Shown here: positions 24,201 through 37,619 of the stretch, piece after piece
Position numbering within the stretch: the stretch's first letter is position 1
Layout: each line of letters opens with the position of its first letter
Assembly (NCBI GenBank): GCA_010093605.1
Contig: MU004203.1
Span: forward strand, 450,391-514,390
Length of the DNA stretch: 64,000 nt
Direction of reading: 5' to 3'
Origin: Lophium mytilinum
Lineage: Eukaryota
Translations under genes and position numbers: made by a program
The notes under the pieces: model-generated
What the model was told of the DNA's origin: nothing
The model's input: only the letters and a program-made list of their open reading frames with translations
The model's database searches: none

Positions 24201-27200
24201 CCGCAACATCATTTCCTCGGAGGACTCGGACTCATCCACGCAAAAGGACCTGTTCCAAGTCAAATTCTTCAAGATCAACAAAGACTCCCCTGAATTCATG
24301 TCAATGTACGAGGGAATCGCGACCAACCTAGACGTATCGGTTTCAACCATCAATCTGATCGTTACGCGGAAGACATTGCTGACTTTGCTCGACTTCGTGC
24401 TAATAACTTTCACAAACCCAGGGGCAGAGCCAGACCAGAAGCAAGCAACCATCAATGAAGTGGAACAGCAGCAAGTGACTCAGGCATCACCTGAAGATCC
24501 AGACAAAATTCGCATCAAAGCTGATTTGAAGCGAATTGCTGTCATTCTCAACAACGACGGAATTCGGCTCGCAACTTTGAGTTTGAACTCTGGCAATGTT
24601 GGAATCTTCTTATCAGGGAAGTCTATGCGCATTGGTGGTAGACTCGGAAACCTGAATCTTGTTGACGATATCAACCAAGGCGTGTCCGCAGAATCATCTC
24701 TTCGCCAACTCGTCACGATCGAAGGGAAGGATCTCGCTGACTTTAGCTATGAGACATTCGATGAGGAGTCCGAAGCATACCCGGGCTATGACTCGTCCAT
24801 AATACTGAAAGCTGGGTCTATTAAGATCAACTTCCTTACAGAGCCATTCCGGAAGATCATGGAGTTCGCCGTCAAATTTGGCAAAATGCAGGCCATCTTC
24901 AACGCTGCTCGTCAAGCAGCTGCAAACCAAGCGAGCCAAATTCAGGAGAGAGCCAACAAGATGCATTTCGACATTGTCATCAGCACGCCCATTGTGGTAT
25001 TCCCTAGAATGGTCATCAGTGACAAGGCCGACCGAGACACTTTGACGGCGAATCTGGGAGAGATCTATGCGAAGAACAAATTTGTGCCGGTGGACGATTC
25101 TAAGTCTTCTGATGTCGCAAACAAGCTATCAGCCGGTATCAGGCATATCAAGCTGACATCTAACCTGCATTATGGAGATGACCAGTCCGAAGAGCTTCAG
25201 CTGATCGACAAAGTTGACCTAGACTTCAACCTTACCATGATCGACCACAAACCCGGATTAGAAAGACCAGACCTTGAAATCGAGGGCTCAATGTCGGACC
25301 TGAATCTCAAGCTTACACAAGAGCAGATGAAGCTCATGTTGGAGCTTGCTAGGTCTGTCCCGGCAGCCTTCGCTACCGAATCGGACGACGTTATAGAAGA
25401 TGATTTGCAGAACGAGCTACCAGATTCCACAACAGAGACTGCCAAAGTCATCACGGACGAGGAACCAGACTCGAAAGAGGACACTGGAGAGGTCGTCTCG
25501 AGCCAAGGCCCTGAGTTGCACACTGGCGATGACAAGTGGACCAAACTTGATTTCATCTTCAAGGTCGGCACTATTGGATTAGAGCTCATCAAGGCTAAAG
25601 AAGACGAACCTGTCGGAGATCTCGAAGCAGCAAGCCTGTCTAAGTTCTCTCTTAACGACACGAATGTCAAGCTACGCATGATTAGCGATGGTGCTCTGGA
25701 GGCCGAACTCGTTGTTCAGTCTTTTACTATCAAAGACAGCCGCACCCAAGAAACCAACAAGTTCCGCAAGATCATGTCTCTCATTAACAACGACGTCAAG
25801 CAGCAGTTCATGGCTAGCGTATCGATTTCTGGGGGGACCGAGAAGAACTTGATTGCAATTCTCACTATCGACAGCCCGCGAGTGATTCTGGCTCTCGATT
25901 ATCTTTTTGCTCTCCAATCGTTCATCACCTCAGGCCTGGAGACCGAGGAACCCCTGGCGATTGAGGAGGAGTCGGAAGATGATGGTCACGATGCTGATAG
26001 TACTTTGAGTGCGAATTCAGGAGACCTTGCTAAGCCCACACGTGATGTCACAATCGAGTCTGCTGGGGACGAAGATTCCGGGATGAATATCTCATTCCGA
26101 GTCAATCTCGTGGACGCGCAAGTAGTGCTGATTGCCAATCCTGCCATCACTAGCTCCGAGGCCATTGTACTGGGCACGAAGCAAGTTCTCGTTTCAAAAC
26201 AGCAAGCTATGACTCTGCAAGTAGACAAAGTTGGGATGTTCCTTTGCCGCATGGACAAATTCGACGACAGTAGACTGAGGATTCTCGATGACTTCAGCAT
26301 CCAGACGTCTCTGGACATGCGGTCTCAAGGCACAAAATCATCCCTTACCAGCATCAGCGTCGACATTGAGCCTCTTGTGCTTCGGTTGTCGCTTCGAGAT
26401 ATTTTGCTTGCCATGCAAATCGTCAGCCGGGCCTCCGAAATGTCAGCCAAGGACGAAGAGAAGCCAGGTAGCCAGGAGCCACAGAAGATGAAGGAAATCG
26501 CTTCCGGTACTATGGCAAAGTCTGCGAAGGGAACATCTGTAAAGAAGTCGGCCAAGGCGATTTCTACTACGAAAACCGCAAAGCGATCTAGCCGTCAAGG
26601 TCCACCAGAACCACCGCCACGACCAACCAGTTCAGCTGTCATCAAGCGCGAGGAAATGAAAGTCAATATCGAGGGAATCCGCGTTGTCCTTATTGGTGAC
26701 CTCCATGAGCTTCCTATGCTGGATTGGAGAGTGAAGAGATTTGGCGTCGAGGTCAGAGACTGGTCCGGAGCAATGACAGCCGACACTAGTCTGGAGACCT
26801 TGTTCAACATCTACAACTTCTCCAAATCCGCTTGGGAGCCTCTTGTTGAGCCCTGGCAACTAGGGTTCCACATGTCGAAAGAACAGAATCCTGACAAACT
26901 CTCTGTTGAGCTCTACTCAAGAAAGTCCTTGGAGTTGACTGTAACATCTGCCACGATTGCACTTGCTTCAAAATCTGCAGATTTCCTCACCTCGGAAGAA
27001 GACATCTTGTCCAAGCCCAGAGGTACCGATGCGCCTTACAGAATTCGCAATTACACAGGCTTCGACATTAATGTCTGGTCTGAAGCTCGAGATGATCAAG
27101 AAGGTTATGCAGCTAAACTTGCCGACGGAGAAGAACAACCCTGGCGCTTCGAAGATCCTTCGGCTACCAGAGAAAGCTTGTCAGCAGAAGGAGCTACTGG

Positions 27201-30200
27201 TGTCGTAGGCATCAAACTTGAAGGCAGCGGCTTTGACAGCCTTGCCCGCATTCCGGTACATCGCGAAGGCGAACAGCTCTACAATCTCAAACCGAAGAAG
27301 GACCGGGTACAGCATCGACTTCTCGCGGAGGTGAGCCTCGGAGCAGACAATGTGAAGTATATTACTTTCCGGTCTCCTCTCCTTGTGGAGAACAACACGC
27401 AAATCCCTATAGAGCTTGGTGTCTTCAGCTCAGAAGAGGGCCATCTGCTTAAGATCGAGAAGATTGCACCAGGTGATGCGAGGCCTGCTCCAGTAGGCTC
27501 AGCATACATGCACTCCCTGGTGATTCGTCCAGATCAAGGGTTTGGGTATACATGGTCGAATGAGCGCCTCTTCTGGAAAGACCTCCTCAAGAGACCGACT
27601 CGCACCATTACTTGCCGTGGCGAGCAAGACGATACATCACCGCCATTCTACTTCCAGATGCACGCCGCTTTTGACAAGAAAGACCCGTTAACAAGGTAAG
27701 TACCTCAAGTATCTTTTCAAGTATTCTCCAAATGCTGACCTATGAAGCGTCTATCCCTATATGCGAATCCGACTTGCTGCTCCCATTGAGGTCCAGAACT
27801 TACTCCCTTATGACTTCAAGTACCGCATTTATGACGGCAATACTAAGAAGGACTGGACAAACTTCCTTCGTAAAGGCGGGGTTAGCCCGGTTCATGTCGT
27901 TGAATTGTCACATCTGCTTTTGTTGAGCGTAGACATGCAAGACACGCCTTTCAAGCCTAGCAAGTTCGGTATCATCAACTCCACCGATCGGGAGAATTTC
28001 CGGCGTGAGAAGACCCTGGAGGTCAAAGATAGCGATGACTTGACCCTCCATCTTAAGATGCACTTCTAGTAAGCCTCCCTTTACTTCCGAGCTGTCCTCG
28101 ACTGACCACTTGTAGCAACATTCCCGATGGAGGTGGGTCTTTCAAGGTCACCATTTACAGTCCATATGTCATCCTGAACAGGACTGGTCTGGAGCTTGAC
28201 GTACGCGGAAAACAATTCCTTGGGCAAGCGAAAGCCGCTGCCGGTCAGAGTGTCTTTGCGAACAGTGACAACGATGCACAAAAACCGATGCCCTTCATGT
28301 TCTCGTTCTCAACCGATGACAAGAAGAACCGAGCCCTTATCAAAGTTGGAGAAGCCAATTGGAGCAAACCTCAGAGTTTCGATGCTATCGGCAGTACATA
28401 TGCCGTTACGCTGCCAGCTTCCACTGCGAGGTCGGAAATGCATATTGGAATCACGGTGGATGAGGGCGAGGGCAAGGTAAGTTCACATCATTCCAGTATC
28501 AGCAAAGATTAGTACTAATTCGATCGCAGTACAACTTGAGCAAAGTCGTCACTATTGCGCCTCGTTTCATTCTCAAGAACAAGATGACAGAGGATCTAAA
28601 CATTCGGGAACCTGGATCATCAGAATGGCTACCTCTGAAGCACGGCGAACTTCTACCTCTTAGATTCCTGAAACAAGGCTCCAACCCGCAATTGTGCCTA
28701 TGCTACCCTGGGGTCAACAACCAGTGGTCCTCGCCATTCAACATATCAAATGTCGGCAATGTTCATGTCAAACTTTCCAAAGCAGGCCAGCGGCAAAAAC
28801 TAATTCGAGTCGATGTTCTCATGGAACATGCCACCATATTCCTTCACGTGAGCGTCGAGACCAAGCACTGGCCGTTCTCCATGCGAAATGAGAGCGATCA
28901 GGAGTTCCTCTACTGGCAAACCAATCCCAACGTTGAGGAAGACGAGGATGATCGAGGCTCTGGATTCCGACCTATCCGGTACCGCCTCCCTCCGCGAAGC
29001 ATCATGTCATATGCATGGGACTTCCCCGCTGCAAAGAACAAGGAGATCGTGCTAAGCGCTAATGGACGCGAGCGACACGTCAAACTCGCCGAGATTGGCA
29101 ATCTGATCCCTTTCAAAGTGCCCCCAGCGCAAGGATCTACGCGCCAAAAGGTCATTGATCTCAATGTGGTTGCGAAGGGCCCAACGCAGACCTTTGTGCT
29201 GTCCAACTTCAAGCAATCCAAGAGCTTGTACAAACAGAAGTCTGGATCTGCTTCCCAGTCAACTACTGGCGGCTTCGAGGTTAAAGAAATGGATACCGAC
29301 GTAACCTTCAAAGCGCAACTACGCTTCGCTGGTATTGGTATCTCGCTGATTAACCGACAATTGCGCGAGCTCATTTATCTCACTCTCCGAGACATTGAAA
29401 TCAAATACTCCGACTCTCCCCTATACCAGACTCTGAATACCACTGTCAAATGGATCCAGATCGACAACCAACTATATGGAGGAATTTTCCCCATCATCTT
29501 CTATCCCAGTGTTGTTCCGAAGACTGGGAAAGAGATGGAAGCGCATCCGATCTTCCAGACAAACATCACACGTGTTAAGGACGACTCTTATGGGGTGCTG
29601 TACATCAAATATTTCACGTTCTTGCTTCAACAGATGACGCTGGAAATCGACGAAGATTTCATATTCGCCATGCTGGACTTCACGAAGATACCCGGAGCCT
29701 CTTGGTCTGAGGAGAAAGAAGGCAAATTGTGCGACGACAATCTCGAGATCCCGGAACCGGCCCAGGAGCAGACGGGCCAAGATGTCTACTTCGAGCTTCT
29801 CCATCTTCAGCCGATGCAGATCGATCTGTCTTTCGTCCGGACGGAACGCATCAACGCTGAGGATACTATGACATCGAACAACCCCTTCATGTTTGCCGTC
29901 AACGTTCTCACAATGTCCATCGGCAATGTCAATGATGCACCCGTAAGATACAACGCGCTTATGCTTGAGAACGCTCGAGTCTCATCAGAAGCTCTGATTG
30001 CCAACATCAAGAACCACTACGTCCAAGAGAGTCTCCGACAAGTCCATATCGTTCTCGGCTCCGCTGATTTCCTTGGAAACCCCGTTGGCTTGTTCACAAA
30101 CATTAGCTCTGGCGTGGCAGATATCTTCTACGAGCCTTATCAAGGTCTTGTCGCGTCTGATAGGCCCCAAGATCTCGGTATCGGTATTGCCAAAGGCGCA

Positions 30201-30998
30201 TCCAGCTTCGTCAAGAAGTCTGTGTTCGGGTTCTCGGACAGTATGGCGAAATTTACTGGGAGCATGTCGAAGGGTCTTGCTGCAGCCACTATGGACAAGG
30301 AATTCCAAGACCAGAGGCGCATGTCCCGGAACAGGAACCGACCGAAGCATGCCTTGTACGGTATCACCTCTGGTGGCAACGCTTTCGCTAGCAGTCTGGC
30401 TAGCGGCATCGGAGGTCTCGCGCGTCATCCCATCCAAGGGGCTGAGAAGGAAGGTGTTGCCGGCTTCGTAAAAGGCGTCGGCAAAGGGCTCTTCGGTCTC
30501 CCTACTAAAGCTGCCATCGGCGCCTTCGACCTCGCCTCCAACATGGCCGAGGGCGTGCGCAATACCACCACTGTCTTTGACCAAGAAGGCCTCGACCGTG
30601 TTCGCCTCACCCGATTCATCGGCCAAGACGGCGTTGTGCGTCCTTACAGCCAACGCGAGGCGCTCGGTCAGTTCTGGCTCAAGACTCTCGACAATGGGAA
30701 ATACTTCAACGAGGACTACCTAGCCCACCTCGAGATCTCGGGCAAGGATATGCTGGTTATGCTCACGTACAACGGTATTATGCTCGTACGGACGAAGAAG
30801 CTGCAGACGGAGTGGGATGTCCCGCTCAAGGATATCCAGACTATCTCGAAGGAGCGGACTGGAATGAGTATCACGCTCAAGGGTGGTACGAATGGGCCGT
30901 TCATTCCAGTGGGCGATGAGAGTTCAAGGAATTGGTTCTACAAGCAGGTTGCTGTGGCGGTCAATGCTTATAATGATAAGTATAATGCTAAAGGGTAA
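21250..30998 (+). CDS. VPS13: Vacuolar protein sorting 13 lipid-transfer protein, 4 exons, ~3200 aa
   Basis: Chorein N-terminus MLEGLVANLLNRFLGMYV. C-terminal IQIDNQL, GSADFLGNPVGL and ATG_C/PH-like tail. Introns 27696-27747, 28069-28115 and 28477-28529 join the ORFs in frame. Confidence 0.97.
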
Positions 30999-31614
30999 AG
31001 GGGAAATGGCAATGGAAAATTGGGCTGGGATTCAGGCAGAAGGTTTATGAGGCTTTAGATTGTACGACGGGTTCTTGTGTATTCTTTGGGAATGATTCTC
31101 TTCTTCCTCTTATCTCTTTTTCTTCCTTATGAGTGGGTTGGAAGGGCATTTGAGCGTTTTGAGCAATATAAAACGTGTTTTCTTTCCTCAGCCGGCCTTC
31201 CGGTATGCGACCTCACTCTAAGGTTAATCGAGTCACGTGATTATATGGTTGGCCTGCACTCACTACGACTTCATGGGATATACAAGATGGAGTCACACAA
31301 AAGGAAAGGTAAGACAAGATTGTATGATAAGTATGACAAAATCGTTCAGTACTGATGATGAGTACAGTAGTATCGTCCTTCTAATGATACAGAACATTCC
31401 TACCCCCAGCAGGGTGGTGTATCTGTACCACATCCAAGCCATCCAATATCAATTAAATTCTCCAGTATGCGTGACGTGTGCTAACATCTTCTTCTTCTAG
31501 AACACCTTGACCAAGCTCGGGCATATAAAAAATACGAAATACGTCGAACGGCATATCAATGACGGTCGACCTCCACTTCTCTTCCTTCCATTCGTTTCCA
31601 GAGCCGGATCTCGT

Positions 31615-32706
31615 CTACCGCCGACCCCGATACTTTGCATTTGGTTTGAAATCCCTGGAGTCGCTCTTCCTGTGTGTCAGCCACTCCAAGATGTAGGCGA
31701 CACCAATGATGAAGACCACGACCCGCACTGCCCAAGGGATGGTGATGGTCCTTTTTTGGGCTACCGACGTCTGGTCATGTGGCACACCGCTCATCGATGG
31801 CTGAACCGGCACCGATACTGGAGCTGATTGGACGTCCCCCTGACCCTGGGTTACTGGCGCAGGTGTAGACTCCCTCCGAGCGGTCTCCTCTCGTGACTTT
31901 TCAATCTGCATAGTCGTGGCATTAGGATCCTCTATTCCATTCCCTTCTTCTTGTCGCATTGAGAACGAATCAATCACTCCCCGTCTCAAAGAAACACGGG
32001 CTGGAGCTTCCTGGACACTCCCGTCTGGCCGTGGCTGAACCGGATCCTTGAACATTTCCCCCTCTTCTTCAAAGCGGGACCAATCGTGCATAAATTTGCC
32101 GGATCCAGGCCTCCTTCCCGCCAAAGGAACGCGGGTTCTTTCATTAATCCTCTCGTTTTTCTTCGCCTCTTCGTCCACGTCGTCCGACGAGTTCGAATTG
32201 GCAGGTGACCCCAGGGGGGCACATGTTCGCTCCCCAGGTGGGGCATCGAGGATGGGACGCCACTCGATGTCGCCGAAGGAAACCCTTCGTTGAGGTCGCG
32301 GTGTGTCCGGGTTTTCGTCCGAGCTGCGAAGGATACTAACGACCCGAGGAGCCCTGGATTTTCGACGACGTGCGGGCTGGACATGGTCCAGTACAATTCC
32401 AGCTTCGACTCCCCCATCTTCTTCCTCAGGAAAGGGGTAAATTTGGGAGCGACCTGATCTGCGCTTCCGTTGTGGTGGTGTACTGGACGCTTGAACAACG
32501 ACTGGATGGTGCTGCGAGGACCCCGCTGGAGTGGCCCTGTTGGCTGTTCGGGGAGGTGGTGTCGGAGGTGGCAGCCCTCTTAGTTCTTCCGCTATCCTAC
32601 GCGTTTGTGGCATCTGTGCCAGTTCATCCGCCCTGGCCTGTCGCCTTTGCGCCTCCTCCTCCTCCGCCTTCGCGACCTTCGCCTGTGCTCGGGTCGAAGG
32701 GGCCAT
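31615..32706 (-). CDS. Orphan disordered protein with a C-terminal transmembrane helix and SILR/RRVSF motifs
   Basis: 363-aa single-exon ORF; TM IPWAVRVVVFIIGVAYILEWLT followed by a basic tail. Confidence 0.7.
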   Translation of the reverse strand: MAPSTRAQAKVAKAEEEEAQRRQARADELAQMPQTRRIAEELRGLPPPTPPPRTANRATPAGSSQHHPVVVQASSTPPQRKRRSGRSQIYPFPEEEDGGVEAGIVLDHVQPARRRKSRAPRVVSILRSSDENPDTPRPQRRVSFGDIEWRPILDAPPGERTCAPLGSPANSNSSDDVDEEAKKNERINERTRVPLAGRRPGSGKFMHDWSRFEEEGEMFKDPVQPRPDGSVQEAPARVSLRRGVIDSFSMRQEEGNGIEDPNATTMQIEKSREETARRESTPAPVTQGQGDVQSAPVSVPVQPSMSGVPHDQTSVAQKRTITIPWAVRVVVFIIGVAYILEWLTHRKSDSRDFKPNAKYRGRR

Positions 32707-33881
32707 CTGGTCGCTTGAAGTGGACGAGTATCTGTCAAAGTTGTCTGACTGTGGAGAATGCCAAGCTCGTTGTAGTTGAGGCTCGGTCGAGGTGTGTGGT
32801 GGATGGTCAAGAGATGGTGTGCTGACAGTCAGTGTCGGGGACGCAAGTCAGACGGTGGTGGGAGATATCAGAAAGGCTCCAGCACCACAGAGAGAGTGGT
32901 TTATAAATGGTCAGAATCACTGGCACGTGATTGGCGAGTATCTTTGTTTACACTTGTCGCGCGGAACATTCACAGGTGCCAGAGGAGTGCTTCAGTGCGT
33001 CCGGATACCTCATCGCAAAGCTTATACAGACGGTGAACGCCTCAGGAACAATGCAGGGGCCTATGGCACCTACAAGAAGAAAGGGGAGCAAAAGAGGGGT
33101 TCGGGAGAGAGCATAGCGATCAAATTTCAGGACCGTCATGCTCTGGGTAGACTCTGGATGGGAGAGATTGAGGTCCGGGAGTCAGCACCACCATAGGCTG
33201 CCGTTTTCTCTATCGTTTTCGTCCTTGTTCACAGTCTCTTCTTTCTCTTCACTCTCCTCCCCATCTTGGAGAAGTTAGGGAAGGAAAAGAAGCTCTTCCT
33301 CATCGTTATGCTCAATATCTGCTAAAGTGCTTGAAGTGTAATGCCATCAGGCGTCGGCTTCGCTTTGATGACTTCACAAAGTAGAGCAGCGGAGCTGAGT
33401 GACGTGGGTATATGTGTTCATTGTTTCATTGTAAAGCGAGTATGAGATGCTGGCGCGTTAAGGGAGTATGGAAAATAGTTGGAGGTGTAGTTGCACAATA
33501 ATTAAATGGTTCAGTACGAAAGAAGGCAGATAGGACGGCGAAACCAAATCTTTATGATGCTCGATGGAGGAGCAAGCTGCAAGGCGTAAGCAAGCAATTT
33601 GATGCTAGGCAGTCGACAATCAGTTTGGCAATTTAGGGCAACAATTAGTTGACTGTCTAAATCAGTATAGAGGAGATCCCAGACCTTGTTTAACAGGGCG
33701 TAAGTCGAGTTGCTTCAAAAATGCAGGAGTCAAAGAGGCATTTACTCCTATTTGTGTAATTATCGTCACCACAAAGCATATTCATTACCTCCACTTTCTC
33801 GCCGCCTACTCAAACACCTCTTTCCTTCTCTCTCCCTTACTTCAAGTCATTACTCATTCTTCTAATATCTATCATGCCCAC

Positions 33882-34851
33882 TCAACACCAGAACGGCGCA
33901 AACTCCTCCATCTCCTTCCAAAACCCCTCGTCAATCCCCAAGAACTCCTCCGGAAGCCGCTCCAGCCTACAATACCGCATTCATTAACACATCTCCCTCA
34001 CACAAATACTTCGGGAGTGCGAAGGTCCCACTCACTTCACCTCAGTCAATTGCCCGGTCAGGATATCCAGGTTGAATCCCACAATGGTCAGTGTTTTGGA
34101 GATGAGCGGCGAGGCGCGTAGGAGGGCGATGTCTTGGCGGATGGACTCGTCAACACTGCCATGGCAATTGAGTCAGCGGTGTGATCGAGAGAGGCGCGAA
34201 AAGGTACAAGGCAAGGAGCTTACTTTGTGATCTCTCCGAACTTCATCCGGTCGATCTCTTTGCTGAGTTGCGGCGCGCGCTCTTTGAGCATTTTGCGGAC
34301 GCCGGAGTCGGGCATGTGAGTCATACCACAGTCTGTAACCGTTAGTAATGAGACCATGGGAGGAGGAGAGGGAGAGAGGTTGGCACACCAGTGTGATGCA
34401 CGATAATCACCGTGTCGGTGTTCCCTATAGCGTCGAGAGCGGCGAGGGAGCGGAGAGCGTCGGAGGCACGGCCACCTGCGTTGCGGATGACGGCTGCGAC
34501 TATAGGGATGTTATTAGATGGTTGTTGGGGAAAGAAGAAAAGGAGAATTTACCTCCTCGTCCGAAGTCGAAGTATTGCTCGGGGATGACGCGGGGATCAG
34601 AGCAAGAGACTGAAGATCGTGAGTCAAGCTCTTTGCAATGAAGAAAGGGGTGGACGGGAGGATTTACTTATGACAGTGCCGCCTGGTCCTCCAGGTGTAT
34701 GGAGGCGTTTTGAGACATCTGCGATGAAAGGGGGTGCGAGGGCAACGTTGAAGCCCCTGATAGCATTCGTCAGTATCCTAAAAACGATCCACGATAGAGG
34801 CAGAACATACTTGTTTCGCTCGAGTAGGTTGGCGATTTTTTCTGAAGCCAT
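33882..34851 (-). CDS. Beta-carbonic anhydrase (small, clade D-like), 6-7 exons
   Basis: Hand-spliced MASEKIANLLERNK...ISCSDPRVIPEQYF...IRNAGGR...IVHHTDCGMTH...LRASPLI...DILTGQL. Zinc-site motifs CxDxR and HxxC are intact. Confidence 0.9.
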
Positions 34852-36338
34852 AATATTTGAGTGAGACGCAGTGAAATCTTTCCTTGGATGGTGTCTAGGA
34901 ATTGATGTATGATACAAGATAATGAGTCCAAAATCGAAGCTGATTGGTTGGCTATGAATTGGTACCGTAGAATATCTGAAGATCTGCCTGCGAATTGTTG
35001 AAGTCTCAATCTGATGCTTTCAACCCATCCCCACCTCTCCCTTATATATCCTCCCTTTCCACATTCCAAATGCTTCTCTCCGCCATATCCTGCCTTTCGA
35101 ACCTGAAAATCACCTAGTTTCTAAACAAGCGACAAGCCCTTCGGATAGAACGTACGGCACCATACAACGGCCCGCCTCCATTTGGTTTAGTTACAGGATA
35201 CAGATGCCACGGGACGGTTTAGTGATCACAAAAAACCTGTGCCTCAGGACGCCTTGTCCCACCCCAGTTCCCCACTATCCCAAATCGAGCAAATTAGCCA
35301 AGTTCCAAGCTTTGCGTGCATGCACAGGCGTTGTCATCCGCGTTAGATAATCCCATGCAGACGTCCAAGGGTGTAGGTGGCTGCATACGCTGTCCCGCAT
35401 GCGGGCAGGGATTTGAGTATTCTAACCTTGCCGCTGTCGCTACCCGGCGCGTTCTACGCCCGTCGTAGAGGGGAAAGTGGCACATTCAAGCAGTTCAACA
35501 CCGTATGAGATAGCTAGGAGAGCTATCACGCTTGCCAAAGCCATAGATAGCAATAGCAGATTGGAAGGCTTCAAGCGGTGCTAAACAAGCGTACACAGGC
35601 ATGAAATAACAGAGTATACCTCAAGAATTATGGACTACCACTTTCTATTAATACTCAACTATTTCACCACGCTTTCTTATAGGTGCAACTGTCTACTATT
35701 CCTTGAAGAACCCCAAGGAGCTTCCACAGAGCCTTAAAGTAATAGCTCTGACCCGTTTAGAGTTCCGAAAATGCATTGAATCACACCTAGTAGTAGCATA
35801 CAGCTATGTAGAATAGAGTACCACTTTCTTCATACCCCACGTGCCGCGCAGAGGGCCGCTCGGGCCGATGGCGCTCCACGCTGATTAGAATAGTGACGCA
35901 CGCCAATGACGACGTTGCGTGCCTGGTGGCTCGGGTAGGTAACTGGAATAATTACCCACTAGGTAAATACTAGTTTACAGGCGTGCATAGGCATGGTAGT
36001 GCTGTAATGCCACGCATTGCGATTTGAACCTAACCTAATCGGCCAGCCTCGGGATGCAGGGAGCGTCGTGCTGTATAGAAATCATGGTGGTGGCTTTATC
36101 AGCGGCTTGCAGTGTAGTTGTGCTATGGGTGTGGAGTAATCACAAATATACGATCCGAGAGTTATAGGTTTAAGGATCGTAGATGGGTGGGTATAAAGAC
36201 GGGTTGTGGGTTGTGGAGTTCGAGCTCTATCAAAAGCAAGAAAGTTCATTCTAAATTCCACTATCAACACTTGGTTCTCCTTGAAAGACTTATATTCCAA
36301 ATATTCAGATCGACTCGTCAACGCACATTTCTGCAAAC

Positions 36339-37418
36339 ATGGCGCCTTCTCAAAAGACAGTCCTAGTCATTGGCGGTACGGGTGCTCAAGGTCAGGCTGT
36401 CGTCAAAGGTACTTCCCACGCCAACTCTCAGCCTAAAGGCCAATGCTAACACCCCCAAGCTCTCACCATCGACGCAAAATACGCCGTCCACGTGTTAACC
36501 CGCAGCGCGACTTCGGACGCAGCCAAAGAGCTCGCCTCCATCCCAGGCGTCACCATCGTCCAAGGTGATGCTTTCGACGAAGCCACTTTGTTCAAAGCAT
36601 TCTCCGCCGTCGACTACGCCTACGTCAACACGAACGGCTTCTCCATCGGCCAAGCCAAAGAAACCTACTGGGGCATCCGCATGTACGAGATCGCTGCTGG
36701 CGCCGGCCTCAAGCATTTCCTCTGGGCCGGACTCGCCTACGCCAGCAAAGTCGGAGGATTCGACCCGAAGTTCAAGACTGGCCATCTGGATGCAAAGGGG
36801 CGGGTTAGCGAGTTCCTTTTGAATCAGCCGACGAGCCCGATGAAGTGGTCGGTGCTGTCGTCTTGTCTGTATCTCGATATGTTTTCTTCGCTCCTCCTGC
36901 CGAAGCCTGACCCGGCGGATCCGGAGCTGAACGTTTTCTCGCTGCCGTTGGGAGCGGGACACCCGCCGCTGATCCATTTGCCGGATTTGGGGAGGTATGC
37001 CAGATGGATGCTGGACACGCCGGAGCGGAGTACTGGCATGCTGCTTCAAATTGGGACGGAGGATATCAGCTGGGAGCATGTTGCGAAGACGTTCACCGAG
37101 GTGACGGGGAAGAAAGCGGTGTATAAGGACGTTACTCTGGACGAGTATTTCGCCTCGGGCGTTTTTCCGGCTCCGGACGCGAAGTTGGGATATTCGGCGG
37201 ACGCCAACGATGCAACGCTGATGACGTACCGCGAGAACTTCAGTGGGTTCTGGAATACATGGAAGGCTAACGTGGTCAAGACGGATTACGCGCTTTTGGA
37301 TGACATCCTGCCGGACAGGATTAAGACGTTGGGAGAGTGGATGAGGCTGACCGGATATGATGGAAGCCACAAGGCAATCTTGAAGGATTCAGCTGATAAT
37401 GTTGGCTCTAGTCACTGA
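36339..37418 (+). CDS. NmrA-like NAD(P)-binding Rossmann-fold protein, 2 exons
   Basis: MAPSQKTVLVIGGTGAQGQAVVK spliced to ALTIDAKYAVHVLTR; also GHLDAKGRV and IHLPDLGRY. Confidence 0.9.
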
Positions 37419-37619
37419 TAAGAGGTATTTTTGGTGGCCGTAATAACATTGCACCTGAAATTATGTAGAGAACCGTGTCTGTAGCAGTAATTATAATCGC
37501 TTTTTATGCAGTCGAACAGACGATAGCCGAAAGTGTAGGCTCTATGTCCATATTGCAAGCGGACATTGTCCACAGAATTATGCGAGAGAAAATCAAAAGA
37601 TCATATGAGAATAGAAAGG

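Noticed and set aside
35490..35830. TpA-rich block as a transposon relic
   Set aside because: No terminal repeats, target-site duplication or transposase remnant can be seen.
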